Source: an uncultured Gemmatimonadaceae bacterium (GTDB taxonomy: Bacteria > Gemmatimonadota > Gemmatimonadetes > Longimicrobiales > RSA9). Taken from it: 64,000 bases of DNA. The notes beneath the pieces were generated by a model that was not told the origin of the DNA, did no database searches, and worked only from the letters and a program-made list of their open reading frames with translations. Shown here piece by piece: positions 52,185-61,980 of this stretch; the stretch's first letter is position 1, and every line of letters begins with the position of its first letter. The position numbers and the translations under genes were made by a program. The stretch covers positions 8,133-72,132 of the forward strand of contig CAYSGF010000027.1 of NCBI GenBank assembly GCA_964430275.1. Reading direction: 5' to 3'.

Positions 52185-52577
52185 TGCCACCTCATGGTAT
52201 GGGTAGTTGATGCGCATGATTCTCGAAGATGCTGCGCAGGAACATCTTATCGGGCTTTACGCTGTGCTCGATGACGCTCCCGCGCAAGAGTGACGTCCCG
52301 GCGCGCCTCGCCATTGCAGCGCCCCATGATGCCTTGCGCTCGACGATCGAGCAACAGGCCAGGCGCAGAATAACATGCGCGCGCGCGATATCGCGCAAGC
52401 GCCCTGTTGCCATCGCATCGCTGCGTGTGGCGTGCGTACTCGACGCGGACACGGCCGCCACGGTGATTCGGCGCACATCGCCGCCCTCAATGAACGTTTC
52501 AACAGCGGTTCGACGGACGATCGCAGCGGGCACCGTTCGACCGACCCGCCGATCCGGCCAGTCGCAGTCCACCAGCG

Positions 52578-52595
52578 TGTAAAGCACGCTTTACA
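52578..52595. promoter_or_regulatory. 18-bp AT-rich perfect palindrome TGTAAAGC-AC-GCTTTACA (candidate operator)
   Basis: Read directly. It lies in the unassigned 490-bp region between the divergent susC-like start (52184) and the histidine kinase start (52675). Confidence 0.45.
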
Positions 52596-52674
52596 TTCGC
52601 GCAAGACTGTCCCCACCCACGGAACGCCGGGTTCGGTCTTTGCAGCACCCGCCGCGAATGTTTCCTGACCGTCT

Positions 52675-54291
52675 TTGAAAACGATGCAAGTCGAGACTGC
52701 GGATACACTGTTCATCGGTGCGGGCGAAATGTTCGAACGCTGTCGCGCGTTCGACTGGGCCGCCACGCCGCTCGGTCCAGTGGATCGGTGGTCGCAGAGC
52801 CTGCGCACGATGGCGTCTGCCGTGCTCGCCTCGCGGAATCCGATGCTGCTGTTCTGGGGCCCGCATCTCATCCAGATCTACAACGACGCGTTTCGTCCGA
52901 GTCTGGGGCCGTCCGAGGGCGCGGCATCACGCCATCCGCGTGCGCTGGGGATGCCTGCGGCTGAGTTCTGGAAGGATGTGTGGGAGACGGTGGGTCCGCA
53001 GATCGAGGGTGTGATGGAGCGGGGCGAGGCGGTGTGGTTCGAGGATCTGTACCTGCCGATCGAGCGTGGCCGCGGCGGTCTCGAGGATGCGTGGTGGACG
53101 TACAGTTACAGTCCTGTACGCGACGATGACGGCCGGATCAATGGGACGCTCGTCGTGTGTCTCGAGACGACGTCGTCCGTGCGAGCGCGCGCCGCAATCG
53201 AGTTCGAACGCACTCGCCTGGCCGATCTTTTCCGGCACGCGCCGGCGTTCATGGGTGTGCGGCGCGGTCCGGACCACATTTTCGATCTCACGAACGACAA
53301 CTACCAGAGGCTGATCGGGTTTCGTGATGTGATCGGCCGGCCGGTGCGTGAGGCGCTTCCGGAGCTCGAGGGACAGGGGCTGTTCGGGCTGCTGGACCGC
53401 GTTCTCGACACCGGCGAGCCGTACGTCGGGGAAGCGGTTCCGATCGACGTTCCCATGACGGCGGATGGTCCGCCGGAGCGACGGCACCTGAGCTTCGTAT
53501 ACCAGGCGATCACCGAGCCGGACGGCTCGCGTTCCGGGGTGTTCGTGCATGGCGTCGACCTGACCGAGGCCATCCGGGCGCGCGCGGCGGCGGAAGCCGC
53601 GAGTCGTGCGAAGAGCGAGTTCCTCGCGATCATGAGTCATGAGTTGCGCACGCCGCTGAATGCGATCGAGGGGTATGCAGAGCTGCTCGAGCTGGGCGTG
53701 CACGGGCCGTTGACAGCCCAGCAGCGCGAGGACGTGGCGCGCATCCGCCGGAGCGAGCGGCACCTCCTGGGTCTGATCAATGAAGTCCTGAACTACTCAC
53801 GACTGGAGGCCGGTGCTCTGCAGTACGACGTAGGCGACGTCATGCTGGACGATGTCGTCCGGACATGCGAGGCACTCATCGAGGCGCAGCTCCGCGCCCG
53901 TCGGCACGTATTCGAGTTTGGGGGCTGCCCGCCGGAGCTGCGTGTCCGGGCCGATCGGGCGCGGCTCCAGCAGATCCTGCTCAACCTGCTGTCGAACGCG
54001 ATCAAGTTCACGGATCCGGGTGGTCGCATCGCGGTCACCTGCGAGGCCGACGAGCAGCTCGTGCGGATCTCCGTCACGGATACGGGCCGCGGCATCGCGC
54101 CGGAGGAGATCGCGCGGATCTTCGAGCCGTTCGTCCAGGTGGATGCCCGCTATGCACGGGAGCATGAAGGTGTCGGACTGGGGCTGACGATCAGTCGTGA
54201 CCTGGCCGGCGGCCTGGGCGGCGAGCTTGGAGTCGAAAGCGTCCCCGGCGTTGGCAGCACCTTCACACTGACTCTGCCGCGCGCGCAGTAA
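52675..54291 (+). CDS. cytoplasmic PAS-domain sensor histidine kinase
   Basis: Two PAS-like regions. H-box SHELRTPLNAI. N, G1 and G2 boxes (LLNLLSNAIKF, DTGRGI, GVGLGL). No TM segment and no receiver domain. Confidence 0.9.
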   Translation: MKTMQVETADTLFIGAGEMFERCRAFDWAATPLGPVDRWSQSLRTMASAVLASRNPMLLFWGPHLIQIYNDAFRPSLGPSEGAASRHPRALGMPAAEFWKDVWETVGPQIEGVMERGEAVWFEDLYLPIERGRGGLEDAWWTYSYSPVRDDDGRINGTLVVCLETTSSVRARAAIEFERTRLADLFRHAPAFMGVRRGPDHIFDLTNDNYQRLIGFRDVIGRPVREALPELEGQGLFGLLDRVLDTGEPYVGEAVPIDVPMTADGPPERRHLSFVYQAITEPDGSRSGVFVHGVDLTEAIRARAAAEAASRAKSEFLAIMSHELRTPLNAIEGYAELLELGVHGPLTAQQREDVARIRRSERHLLGLINEVLNYSRLEAGALQYDVGDVMLDDVVRTCEALIEAQLRARRHVFEFGGCPPELRVRADRARLQQILLNLLSNAIKFTDPGGRIAVTCEADEQLVRISVTDTGRGIAPEEIARIFEPFVQVDARYAREHEGVGLGLTISRDLAGGLGGELGVESVPGVGSTFTLTLPRAQ

Positions 54292-54346
54292 CCTGCCGGA
54301 GCACGGGCGCTCCGCCAGCCACCAACCGAATGGACGGATCGTGCGA

Positions 54347-55651
54347 TCAGGTGCCCGGTCGCGTCAGCCGATAGATCAGTACTGCAGCGCGCTGCGCCGC
54401 TCGTTCGATGGAGTTCAGGTTCACGGTCTCCTCGACCGTGTGCGACCCCCTGCCATCGGGGCCGAGCCCGTCGATGCCGGCATCGATGACGGCTGCGACG
54501 AAGGAGATGTCGGCCGCCCCGCGGCGTCCGGGATCGAACGGTTCGACCGGACCCATGGCGAGAGCTTCACTGACGTTGCTGAGAACGCCGAGCAGCTCCC
54601 GATTCGCGGCAGTCGGGGGCATGGACGGGTAGCCATCGTAGAACGTGATGCGCGACGTCGCGCCCGGCAGCGGCCGCGCGACGATCGCGCGCATCTTCTC
54701 GCGCGTGCGCTCGAGCTGCTCATCCGTGAGCGTGCGGATGTCGCCAGTGATCACGGTGGTCGGAGGCACGACGTTCGTCTTGCCGAATGCACTGCCGCGC
54801 GCACGTTCATCGTCCCAGCTCGCCTCCGTGCCGCCGACGATCGTCGCGGCATTGAACGTCAGGTTCTCCTCACCGCGGATCTCTGCATAGAAGTCTTCCA
54901 GAATTCGCGCCGCCTCGTAGATCGCACCCGCACCGACGCGATCGTTGAACACGCCGGACGAGTGCGCCGTCGTCGCTTCGACGTCCACCCGCCATGCGCT
55001 CGCACTGCGGCGCGCGATGACGCCAATGCCCTGCGTGCCGCCCTCGAAGCCGAGGGCGATGTCCGCCGCCGCGCCCGCTTCCACGAGCGCGCGCCGCGCT
55101 TCCTCGAGCGGATCGCCCGGCCGTTCCTCGTCGCCCGTCATGACGATCGTGATCGACGTGCCTTCCAGCGCGCCTTCGTCGTGCAGCGCTTCGAGTGCGG
55201 ACCAGATCACGACGTCGCCGCCCTTCATGTCGGCCGCGCCCGGACCGTGTGCGACGCTGTCGTTCACGAGCTCCCACGCCTGGAACGGGCTGTCCTCCTC
55301 GAAGACCGTATCGAGGTGGCCGATCAGCAGCAGATGGCGGCCCTGTCCGCCGTTCCGCGTGGCGACGAGGTGACCGCCCCGGTTCGCGACCGCCGGATTC
55401 TCGACGTAGCGCACCGCGAAGCCGAGCGCCTCGAAGCGCGGGGCGAGCACGTCGTGCACACGGCGCACACCCGCCGCATTCAGCGTCCCGCTGTTGATGT
55501 TCACGATCTGCTCCAGCAGCGCGATGGCGTCCTGCTGGTTCGCGCTCACCGCGGCTGCGATGCGGCGTTCTTCGTCGCTCAGCTGCTGCGCCGTCAGAGG
55601 CGCCGCTGCCATGAGGAGTGCCGCAATGGTCGTAATCACATGGGAGGTCAT
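54347..55651 (-). CDS. M20 family metallopeptidase (carboxypeptidase G2-like)
   Basis: Signal peptide. M20 motifs (LLIGHLDTV, GPGAADMKGG, TGDEE). Confidence 0.9.
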   Translation of the reverse strand: MTSHVITTIAALLMAAAPLTAQQLSDEERRIAAAVSANQQDAIALLEQIVNINSGTLNAAGVRRVHDVLAPRFEALGFAVRYVENPAVANRGGHLVATRNGGQGRHLLLIGHLDTVFEEDSPFQAWELVNDSVAHGPGAADMKGGDVVIWSALEALHDEGALEGTSITIVMTGDEERPGDPLEEARRALVEAGAAADIALGFEGGTQGIGVIARRSASAWRVDVEATTAHSSGVFNDRVGAGAIYEAARILEDFYAEIRGEENLTFNAATIVGGTEASWDDERARGSAFGKTNVVPPTTVITGDIRTLTDEQLERTREKMRAIVARPLPGATSRITFYDGYPSMPPTAANRELLGVLSNVSEALAMGPVEPFDPGRRGAADISFVAAVIDAGIDGLGPDGRGSHTVEETVNLNSIERAAQRAAVLIYRLTRPGT

Positions 55652-55753
55652 GACTGTCCGGGTGCTGGTTCACGTGGAGCAGCGCCGCGCCTCTTGACGC
55701 GTCGCGTTTCAACCGCAATGCTCGACGCCCTATTCCTCTGCGACGGGCATTCC

Positions 55754-56911
55754 ATGACGACGAACCGACGGGACTTCCTCAGGTCCGCCTCGATTGCCGG
55801 TGGACTCTCGCTGCTGCGCCCGCCTGCGCTGAGCGCATTCCCCGGTACACGCTCGGTCGAGCGCGCCGATGCGCCGCTGCGCATCCTGATCCTCGGCGGC
55901 ACCGGCTTCATCGGCCCCCACCACGTGGCGTACGCGGTTGCACGCGGTCATCAGGTCGCGGTGTTCAACCGCGGCCGTCAATCGACGGTGCTTCCTGACG
56001 GTGTCGAAGAACTCATCGGCGACCGCAACAGCGACCTGCGCGCGCTGGAGGGCCGCGACTGGGACGCCGTGATCGACCTGCCCACCACGCTGCCGAAGTG
56101 GGTGCGCGATGCCGGCGCGGTGCTGCGAAAGCGCACGCCGCACTACACCTTCATCTCCACGCTCGGTGTCAACGCCGATTTCTCTGGCGACACGCTCACC
56201 GAGGACGGCCCGGTCCAGGAGTACAGTGGGGCCGAAGACCCGTTCTCGCTGACGCAGCTCGACCCGCAGTACTACGGGTCGCTCAAGGCGATCTCCGAGC
56301 AGGAGGCCGAGCGCCAGTTCCCAGGCAGAACGCTCATCGTGCGGCCCGGCCTGATCGTCGGGCCGCGCGATCCGACGGACCGCTTCACCTACTGGCCGGT
56401 CCGCATGGAGCGCGGCGGCGAGATCCTCGCACCCGGCGATCCGACCGATCCCGTGCAGCTGATCGACGCCCGCGACCTGGCCGGCTGGGTGATTCGCAAT
56501 GCCGAGGCGCGCACGACCGGTGTGTACAACCTCGTGGGTCCGGCGCAGACGCTCACGATCGGCGAGATGCTCGGGGGAGTGCGTGCCGTATTCGGGGAGC
56601 CGATGCACCTCACCTGGGTTCCGTCCGACTTCCTGCTCGCACAGAACGTTGCGCCCTGGCACGGCGCCGCAGGACCGCTGCCGCTCTGGACACCGACGCC
56701 GCAGGTCCGTGCACTCATGCGCGCCGACAACAGCCGCGCGTTGGCGCAGGGACTGACCTTCCTGCCGCTGGCCGAGACGAGCCTGGATACGATTACCTGG
56801 CACAATACGCGACCGGCAGAGCGCCGTGCTGCGATGCAGTCCGGTATGAGCGCCGAGCGCGAGCGCGAGCTGCTCGACGCCTGGCACGCCGCGCGGCGGA
56901 GTGGTGGATGA
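55754..56911 (+). CDS. NAD(P)-binding epimerase/dehydratase-family protein with twin-arginine signal
   Basis: Only the C-terminal 385 codons of track ORF 54341..56911 are credible. ATG 55754 gives MTTNRRDFLRSASIAGGLSLL, then ILILGGTGFIGPH. Confidence 0.8.
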   Translation: MTTNRRDFLRSASIAGGLSLLRPPALSAFPGTRSVERADAPLRILILGGTGFIGPHHVAYAVARGHQVAVFNRGRQSTVLPDGVEELIGDRNSDLRALEGRDWDAVIDLPTTLPKWVRDAGAVLRKRTPHYTFISTLGVNADFSGDTLTEDGPVQEYSGAEDPFSLTQLDPQYYGSLKAISEQEAERQFPGRTLIVRPGLIVGPRDPTDRFTYWPVRMERGGEILAPGDPTDPVQLIDARDLAGWVIRNAEARTTGVYNLVGPAQTLTIGEMLGGVRAVFGEPMHLTWVPSDFLLAQNVAPWHGAAGPLPLWTPTPQVRALMRADNSRALAQGLTFLPLAETSLDTITWHNTRPAERRAAMQSGMSAERERELLDAWHAARRSGG

Positions 56912-56949
56912 CCCTTCGCGGTACGCTCCGATCGACCGCGGACTGAGAC

Positions 56950-56982
56950 GATCGCCACGTCGCACACGACGACGTGGCGATC
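56950..56982. terminator. 13-bp-stem hairpin between convergent genes (probable bidirectional terminator)
   Basis: GATCGCCACGTCG (56950-56962) pairs with CGACGTGGCGATC (56970-56982), with a 7-nt loop. No clear U-tract. Confidence 0.5.
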
Positions 56983-57008
56983 GCTGATACTCCCGATCCC
57001 CGTTTCCG

Positions 57009-58784
57009 CTACCGCGACTCGTTCGCGAGGTCCCGCACCGCCGCGGCCATGGCGCGGACGCGCGTGCCGTCCGCCGCGTTCGCCACGTCCGCGTCGAGCG
57101 CGACCGCGAGCCGGTTGAGCTGATCCCGACGTGCTGCACCCGTGGCCGCTTCCGCTGCGCTGAGCGCTCGGTCGATGGCAGCCGTCCGCTCCGCGGACAG
57201 ACCGTCGTTCCGCTCGAGCTGGTCGAGGTACGAACGGATCACCGGAAATGCGGCCGGCCATTCGAGCAGCGGCTGGCTCTGCGGATTGTACTGCTCCATC
57301 GTGACGAGCTTCGCGGCATCGATCTCGTTCTGCGACAGGAACTCGCTGGGCACGAGCTCGAGCACGTCGAGGCCGCGCGACAGCTCGGACGAGTAGATCT
57401 GACCGTTGTACCAGTATGCCCCCCACGATCCGCCCACGACGAGCTCCTCGTCATCGACGGGCCCGCGGTCGAAGTACGCAATCTCGATGGGGTTCTCCGG
57501 ATCGGTGAAGTCGAACACGTTCACGCCGCCCTGATACCAGCCCTGCACCATGATGTCGCGCCCGGGCACCGGGATCAGCCCGCCATTGTGCGATACGCAG
57601 TTCTCCGTTTCCGTCTGGGCAGCCAGCATCTTGAAGTAGCCGTGCTGCGTCATCGCACCGTCGTCGATGGACAGAATCGTGTTGCCGCCCAGCCGCTGCG
57701 GATCCGTGATGCGGCAGCGCGGCGACGTCCCGCCGCCCCATTCGTCCGTGAACACGACCGACTCCGCGTCGTTGCTGAAGACTGCCGTGTGCCAGAGCGA
57801 GAAGTTCAGGTCGGACTTCGCGTCCAGGACCACCGGCTTCTCGGGGTCCGCAGCGTCGAGCAGGATGCCGAAGGTCCCGCACGAGCCGGCGACGAGGTTG
57901 AACGCCGGGTAGGCAGTCAGATCGTGGCACCCGCGCGGCCCGCTGGCGATGCGACCGGTCGCGGTGTCACTCAGTGCGACGCCCGCACGCCCCGGCGGCC
58001 GCGGCAGATCTTCGAAGATCCGCGTGAAGCCGACTACCGATGCCTGCGCGGGCTCGGACAGCGGCACGCGGATGATGTCTACGCGGTACTGCGCCGTGTT
58101 CGGGTTCTCCGCCACCGTGCCGTCCGAGCACTCGGCCATTTCCGCCGCGTCACGCACACCGGAGGATCCGCCGACATAGATGTAGACCACGTTCGCGTCC
58201 GAGGGATCCGGCACGAGCGTGTGCGTATGCGAACCGCGGCACGTCTGCACGTTCTTCACCAGCCGCGGACTGCGTGGATTGCTGACGTCGAAGATGCGCA
58301 CACCACGCATCCGGTCCGCACCGTCCTCGACACCCTGTGTGCCGCAGTCGGTCCGCGAGCGCAGTGACTCGGCGGAGATGAACAGCAGGTCACCGTAGAT
58401 CGTGGGGTCGCCCTGATCGGTGGCACACACGACCGTCGCCAGGAGCGCCGGCTGCGTCGCGTCGCTGACGTCCCAGACGGAGAAGCCGCTGAAGTTGCCC
58501 TGGTAGACGATGTCGCCGCGGAACGCGAGATCCGAGTTGATGTAGGCCAGCCCGCTGGCCGAGTCGAACTCCATCGGCTTCGATGAATACGAGACGAGCC
58601 GCATGTTCTCCAGCGCGATGCCCGCCGTATTCTCCGCCCCCGGACCCAGTCCCACGCGCGGATCCTCCATGGTCGCGATCGTGTCCTGCTGCGCGACCAG
58701 CGGCGCCGTCCATGCCGCCGTAAGGAGGATGGCGACCGCGCTGATGCACCGGCCGCGTCTGACGCTGCTTCCCTGCTCTCTCAT
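57009..58784 (-). CDS. LVIVD-repeat beta-propeller protein, secreted
   Basis: Start moved to ATG 58784 (signal ...AVAILLTAAWTAPLVAQQ). Repeats such as GFSVWDVSDATQP, GVRIFDVSNPRSP, GVNVFDFTDPENP. Helical C-terminal tail. ATGA overlap with the upstream stop. Confidence 0.8.
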   Translation of the reverse strand: MREQGSSVRRGRCISAVAILLTAAWTAPLVAQQDTIATMEDPRVGLGPGAENTAGIALENMRLVSYSSKPMEFDSASGLAYINSDLAFRGDIVYQGNFSGFSVWDVSDATQPALLATVVCATDQGDPTIYGDLLFISAESLRSRTDCGTQGVEDGADRMRGVRIFDVSNPRSPRLVKNVQTCRGSHTHTLVPDPSDANVVYIYVGGSSGVRDAAEMAECSDGTVAENPNTAQYRVDIIRVPLSEPAQASVVGFTRIFEDLPRPPGRAGVALSDTATGRIASGPRGCHDLTAYPAFNLVAGSCGTFGILLDAADPEKPVVLDAKSDLNFSLWHTAVFSNDAESVVFTDEWGGGTSPRCRITDPQRLGGNTILSIDDGAMTQHGYFKMLAAQTETENCVSHNGGLIPVPGRDIMVQGWYQGGVNVFDFTDPENPIEIAYFDRGPVDDEELVVGGSWGAYWYNGQIYSSELSRGLDVLELVPSEFLSQNEIDAAKLVTMEQYNPQSQPLLEWPAAFPVIRSYLDQLERNDGLSAERTAAIDRALSAAEAATGAARRDQLNRLAVALDADVANAADGTRVRAMAAAVRDLANESR

Positions 58785-59449
58785 CTGGATCGGCTCCCTC
58801 GATTGGTACCGAGCATGTCCAGCATGCTCTGCATGACATAGATCTCGTCGCGCTGATCGGCGTCGACGTCCGTGACGAAGCGGAAGATCTCGGAGTCCTG
58901 TCCCGCACCCGGGCTCGCGAAGAGATCCTCGACCATCTCCAGCGCCCCACGATGGTGCTGGATCATGAAGCTGAGGAACAGTCGCTCGAACTCGGTGCCG
59001 CGCGCCCGATCGAGCTGCACGAGCTGCTCGGGAGTCAGCATGCCCGGCATGCGCATGGCGCGCGCGTGGGCGTCGTCCGGCACCACCTGGTCCCGCTCCC
59101 GCAGCCATCGCTCCATGAATGCAATCTCGTCGCGCTGCGAGATGTCGATCTTCCCGGCCAGCGTGCGCAGTTGTTCCCCGGCCCCGTGCGTGGGGACCAT
59201 CGCCGTCATCGTGAGCGCCTGTGCGTGGTGTCCGATCATGTGCTGCATGAAGCGAACATCGGCCGCCGTGTAGCCGGGACCGTCGCTCGCAGGCAGCGCC
59301 ATCGCGTGGCCTTGCTCGTGCGCGTGTGCATCTGGCGACCGGGCGGCGTCCTGCGGCGGCGCGGCGGTTCCCCGCGCTGCACTGCGGGAACCACACGCCG
59401 CGAAAGCCAGACAGGCGACGAGAGACGTCGCTCGGAGGAATCGATTCAA
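58781..59449 (-). CDS. DUF305 family lipoprotein
   Basis: Two DUF305 units (FMQHMIGHHAQALTM and FMIQHHRGALEM). Start proposed at TTG 59449 (AGGAG 8 nt upstream), giving the lipoprotein signal MNRFLRATSLVACLAFAAC. Confidence 0.8.
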   Translation of the reverse strand: MNRFLRATSLVACLAFAACGSRSAARGTAAPPQDAARSPDAHAHEQGHAMALPASDGPGYTAADVRFMQHMIGHHAQALTMTAMVPTHGAGEQLRTLAGKIDISQRDEIAFMERWLRERDQVVPDDAHARAMRMPGMLTPEQLVQLDRARGTEFERLFLSFMIQHHRGALEMVEDLFASPGAGQDSEIFRFVTDVDADQRDEIYVMQSMLDMLGTNRGSRSR

Positions 59450-59594
59450 TTGCTGGACGCTCCTGCTCGATCCACTCGCCGGGGGGCCCGGAAAGCCCGT
59501 TCGGCAACGGATGCATCCTAAGCCCGCAGGGCGAACGGCGCTACTCGTGGCACGCACACCTCCCCTGTGCGTGCCAGCGCGCAGGCAGGGATCC

Positions 59595-60530
59595 TCAGTG
59601 TCGGATGTTGTTGCCGCGCCGTAGCCACTCCCCGAAATCGGCGGCACCCGGAATGTGACGCAGCTTGTCCGGATTCACGACCGAACGCACGGCGGCGACG
59701 CCGTCGTCCGTGACATCCAGCGCCCATACCCCGACGACCGCCCCTTCCGCGCTCAGGATGAGCGCACCAGGCTGTCCGTTCACGGTCGTGCGACGTACCT
59801 CGTAGCCGCCGGATCGTGCACCGGCGCGTGACCAGCCGCGCAGCACCCGCGCGACTGCGCGTCTGCCGTGCACCGACTGCGCGAGCGCCGGCACGCGGCC
59901 GCCACCGTCGCCGTGCAGGGATACGTCCTCCGTGAGCAGAGCCTCCAGCGAGGCCAGCTCCCCTTCGTCGATGGCGGCAAAGAACCGGTCGACGAGTGCC
60001 GCCTGCTGCTCTGGCCGTGCATCGAAGCGGGGACGTCGCTCCAGAACGCGCGCACGCGCGCGTACCGCGAGCTGTCGACATGCAGCCTCCGTTTTCCCGA
60101 CGATGCGCGCGATCTCCGCAAACCCGTAGTCGAAGACGTCGCGCAGCAGGAACACGGCGCGCTGCTCCGGCGACAGCGTTTCCAGCAGTACGAGGAACGC
60201 CATGCCGAGCGAGTCGCCCAGCTCCGTGCGTTCGACAGCATCCGCGCCCGGTGTCTCGAGGAGCGGCTCGGGCAGCCACGAACCCACGTAGGTCTCGCGG
60301 CGCACCCGCGCCGAGCGCAGCTCATCGATGCACAACCGGGTCACGACCGTGGCGAGGTACGCCTGCGGCGATGCGATCGTTTCCCCCTGCTGCATCGTAC
60401 GATGCAGTCTCAGCAGCCCTTCCTGGACGATGTCTTCCGCATCGCTCACACTGCCGAGCATCCGGTAGGCGATCCCGAACGCGTTCGGCCTCAGCTCCTC
60501 CAGCAGCGTGGCCATCTCATTCGAGTCCAT
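59595..60530 (-). CDS. ECF RNA polymerase sigma factor, SigJ-like with C-terminal SnoaL-like domain
   Basis: Start moved to ATG 60530. Region 2 (FGIAYRMLGSVSDAEDIVQEGLLRL) and region 4 (AVFLLRDVFDYGFAEIARIVGKTEAACRQL), followed by about 130 extra residues. Confidence 0.85.
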   Translation of the reverse strand: MDSNEMATLLEELRPNAFGIAYRMLGSVSDAEDIVQEGLLRLHRTMQQGETIASPQAYLATVVTRLCIDELRSARVRRETYVGSWLPEPLLETPGADAVERTELGDSLGMAFLVLLETLSPEQRAVFLLRDVFDYGFAEIARIVGKTEAACRQLAVRARARVLERRPRFDARPEQQAALVDRFFAAIDEGELASLEALLTEDVSLHGDGGGRVPALAQSVHGRRAVARVLRGWSRAGARSGGYEVRRTTVNGQPGALILSAEGAVVGVWALDVTDDGVAAVRSVVNPDKLRHIPGAADFGEWLRRGNNIRH

Positions 60531-61467
60531 GGACGAACCCCTCGCGCCAGCTGCGATACTGCGGCTCCCACGCCAGCTCCCGGCGGGCCTTCGCATTCGA
60601 CGCGCCGCTCGATTCCGTCATCATCGTTACTGCCGCCGGACCCGCCGCGATCCGCGCGAGCCACTTCGGCACCCGCCGCGGCGGCTTCGCACCGAGCGCT
60701 GCGGCGAGAGCGGGCAGCCACTCGAACGCAGCGGCCGGTTCGTCGTCCGTCACGTGGTAGATGCCGCGCCGGCCCCGCTCGATCGCGAGCGCCGTGGCGC
60801 CCGCAACGTCGTCGATGTGGATGAAGGACATGATGCCGGCCCCATCGCCGATGATCGGGAACTGCCGCTTCCGCACCGCCTCGCTCTGCACGCCCGGCGG
60901 CCGCACGGACATCGAGGTGCCGGGGCCATAGAACGCACCGTAGCGCAATACGATGCCTTCCGTCCAGGACGCGCCCGTCACCGCGGTTTCCATGTGCCGG
61001 TGCACCGACATGATGCGACGAAACGGCTTCGGCGGATCAGGATCGAGCGCATCGTCTTCACTCAGGATGCCGCGCTCGCCTGCAGCGAGCAGAAAGCCCG
61101 CGTAACTCTGTGCAATGAAGCGACGCACGCCCGCAGCGCGACTCGCCGACAGCAGGATGTCCGTGCCCTCGCCGCGCAGGCGCGCCGTCTGTGCGAACGC
61201 GCGGTCGAAATTGCGCACACTGCTGAGGTCCGATAGCGCCGTGAGCTGCTGCACGACCACTTCCGGCGCCGCTTCACTGATGGCACGACCCACTGCATCG
61301 GGATCGAGTGCATCCGCCACGACCGGCCGCGCGCCCAGGCGCTGCAGCAGGTCGCGCTTCGACGGTGTCCGGGTCGTGCCCGTCACGTCGTGCCCGCCCT
61401 GCACGAGGAGAGGCACGAGGCGCGCACCTACAGCGCCCGTAGCTCCCGCAATGAAGACCCTCATCAT
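60517..61467 (-). CDS. NAD(P)H-binding (NmrA/atypical SDR-like) protein
   Basis: MRVFIAGATGAVGARLV Rossmann motif. ATGA overlap with the upstream gene. 14-nt overlap with the sigma gene start. Confidence 0.85.
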   Translation of the reverse strand: MMRVFIAGATGAVGARLVPLLVQGGHDVTGTTRTPSKRDLLQRLGARPVVADALDPDAVGRAISEAAPEVVVQQLTALSDLSSVRNFDRAFAQTARLRGEGTDILLSASRAAGVRRFIAQSYAGFLLAAGERGILSEDDALDPDPPKPFRRIMSVHRHMETAVTGASWTEGIVLRYGAFYGPGTSMSVRPPGVQSEAVRKRQFPIIGDGAGIMSFIHIDDVAGATALAIERGRRGIYHVTDDEPAAAFEWLPALAAALGAKPPRRVPKWLARIAAGPAAVTMMTESSGASNAKARRELAWEPQYRSWREGFVHGLE

Positions 61468-61964
61468 GCACCTCCTGGCCTGCCGAAGAGCACGGCCGGC
61501 TCACCCTCGTGCCACACAGTGCGGATCACCATCGATGTGATCTGCCATCCTGCACCGGCGCGCGCGAGCGCAACGTCGTAGAAGTTCTTCAACAGCAGGC
61601 GGCGTTCCGGCGCTGCTCGTACGACGTGCTGCGCTTCGACCAGTGCGTGCAGCATCGCGTCGTCGCCGTCCACCGCCACGCGCGGGTTGCTCACCGTATG
61701 GGTCGTGTCGAGCGGTGCGAGCGTCGTCAGGATCCCGCTGATCGCATCACGGCCGCTCATCAGCGGGACCTCCGCGCCGAAGCGGCGGGCCGGCTGCGTG
61801 AAGTCCAGACGGGCATCAGGCGCGAATGCGGACAGGAAGAGCTCGGCCCGGCGCAGGTCCTGGCCCGCTGCGAAGCGGTAGAGCGCGTCTACGACCTGCT
61901 GCTCGTCGCGCAGCGCGCGGACCTCCGCAGCCAGGTTAGTGTCATGTATGGATGTCGTGGTCAT
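61464..61964 (-). CDS. SnoaL-like / NTF2-family protein
   Basis: 166 aa. Pattern DEQQVVDALYRFAAGQD ... H.VSNPRV ... typical of SnoaL_4/NTF2-like proteins. GGAG RBS upstream. Confidence 0.75.
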   Translation of the reverse strand: MTTTSIHDTNLAAEVRALRDEQQVVDALYRFAAGQDLRRAELFLSAFAPDARLDFTQPARRFGAEVPLMSGRDAISGILTTLAPLDTTHTVSNPRVAVDGDDAMLHALVEAQHVVRAAPERRLLLKNFYDVALARAGAGWQITSMVIRTVWHEGEPAVLFGRPGGA

Positions 61965-61980
61965 GAATCGACTCCGTCAG

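Noticed and set aside
52192-52587. 131-aa minus-strand ORF just upstream of susC
   Set aside because: Third-position GC bias is only moderate, no family is recognisable, and the GTG start lies inside a palindrome. It is kept as an open question in the findings rather than annotated.
52185-52674. Cobalamin or other riboswitch ahead of the TonB-linked receptor
   Set aside because: I read the minus strand and found no B12-box-like or other riboswitch core that I recognise. I cannot exclude one without a covariance-model scan.
54341-55753. N-terminal 471 codons of the 856-aa plus-strand ORF 54341..56911
   Set aside because: This part is antisense to the well-supported M20 peptidase. Only the part from ATG 55754 (Tat signal plus Rossmann fold) looks real.
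58785-59516. N-terminal extension of ORF 57009..59516
   Set aside because: It overlaps the DUF305 gene in another frame and is Arg/Gly/Ala junk. A proper signal peptide begins at ATG 58784.
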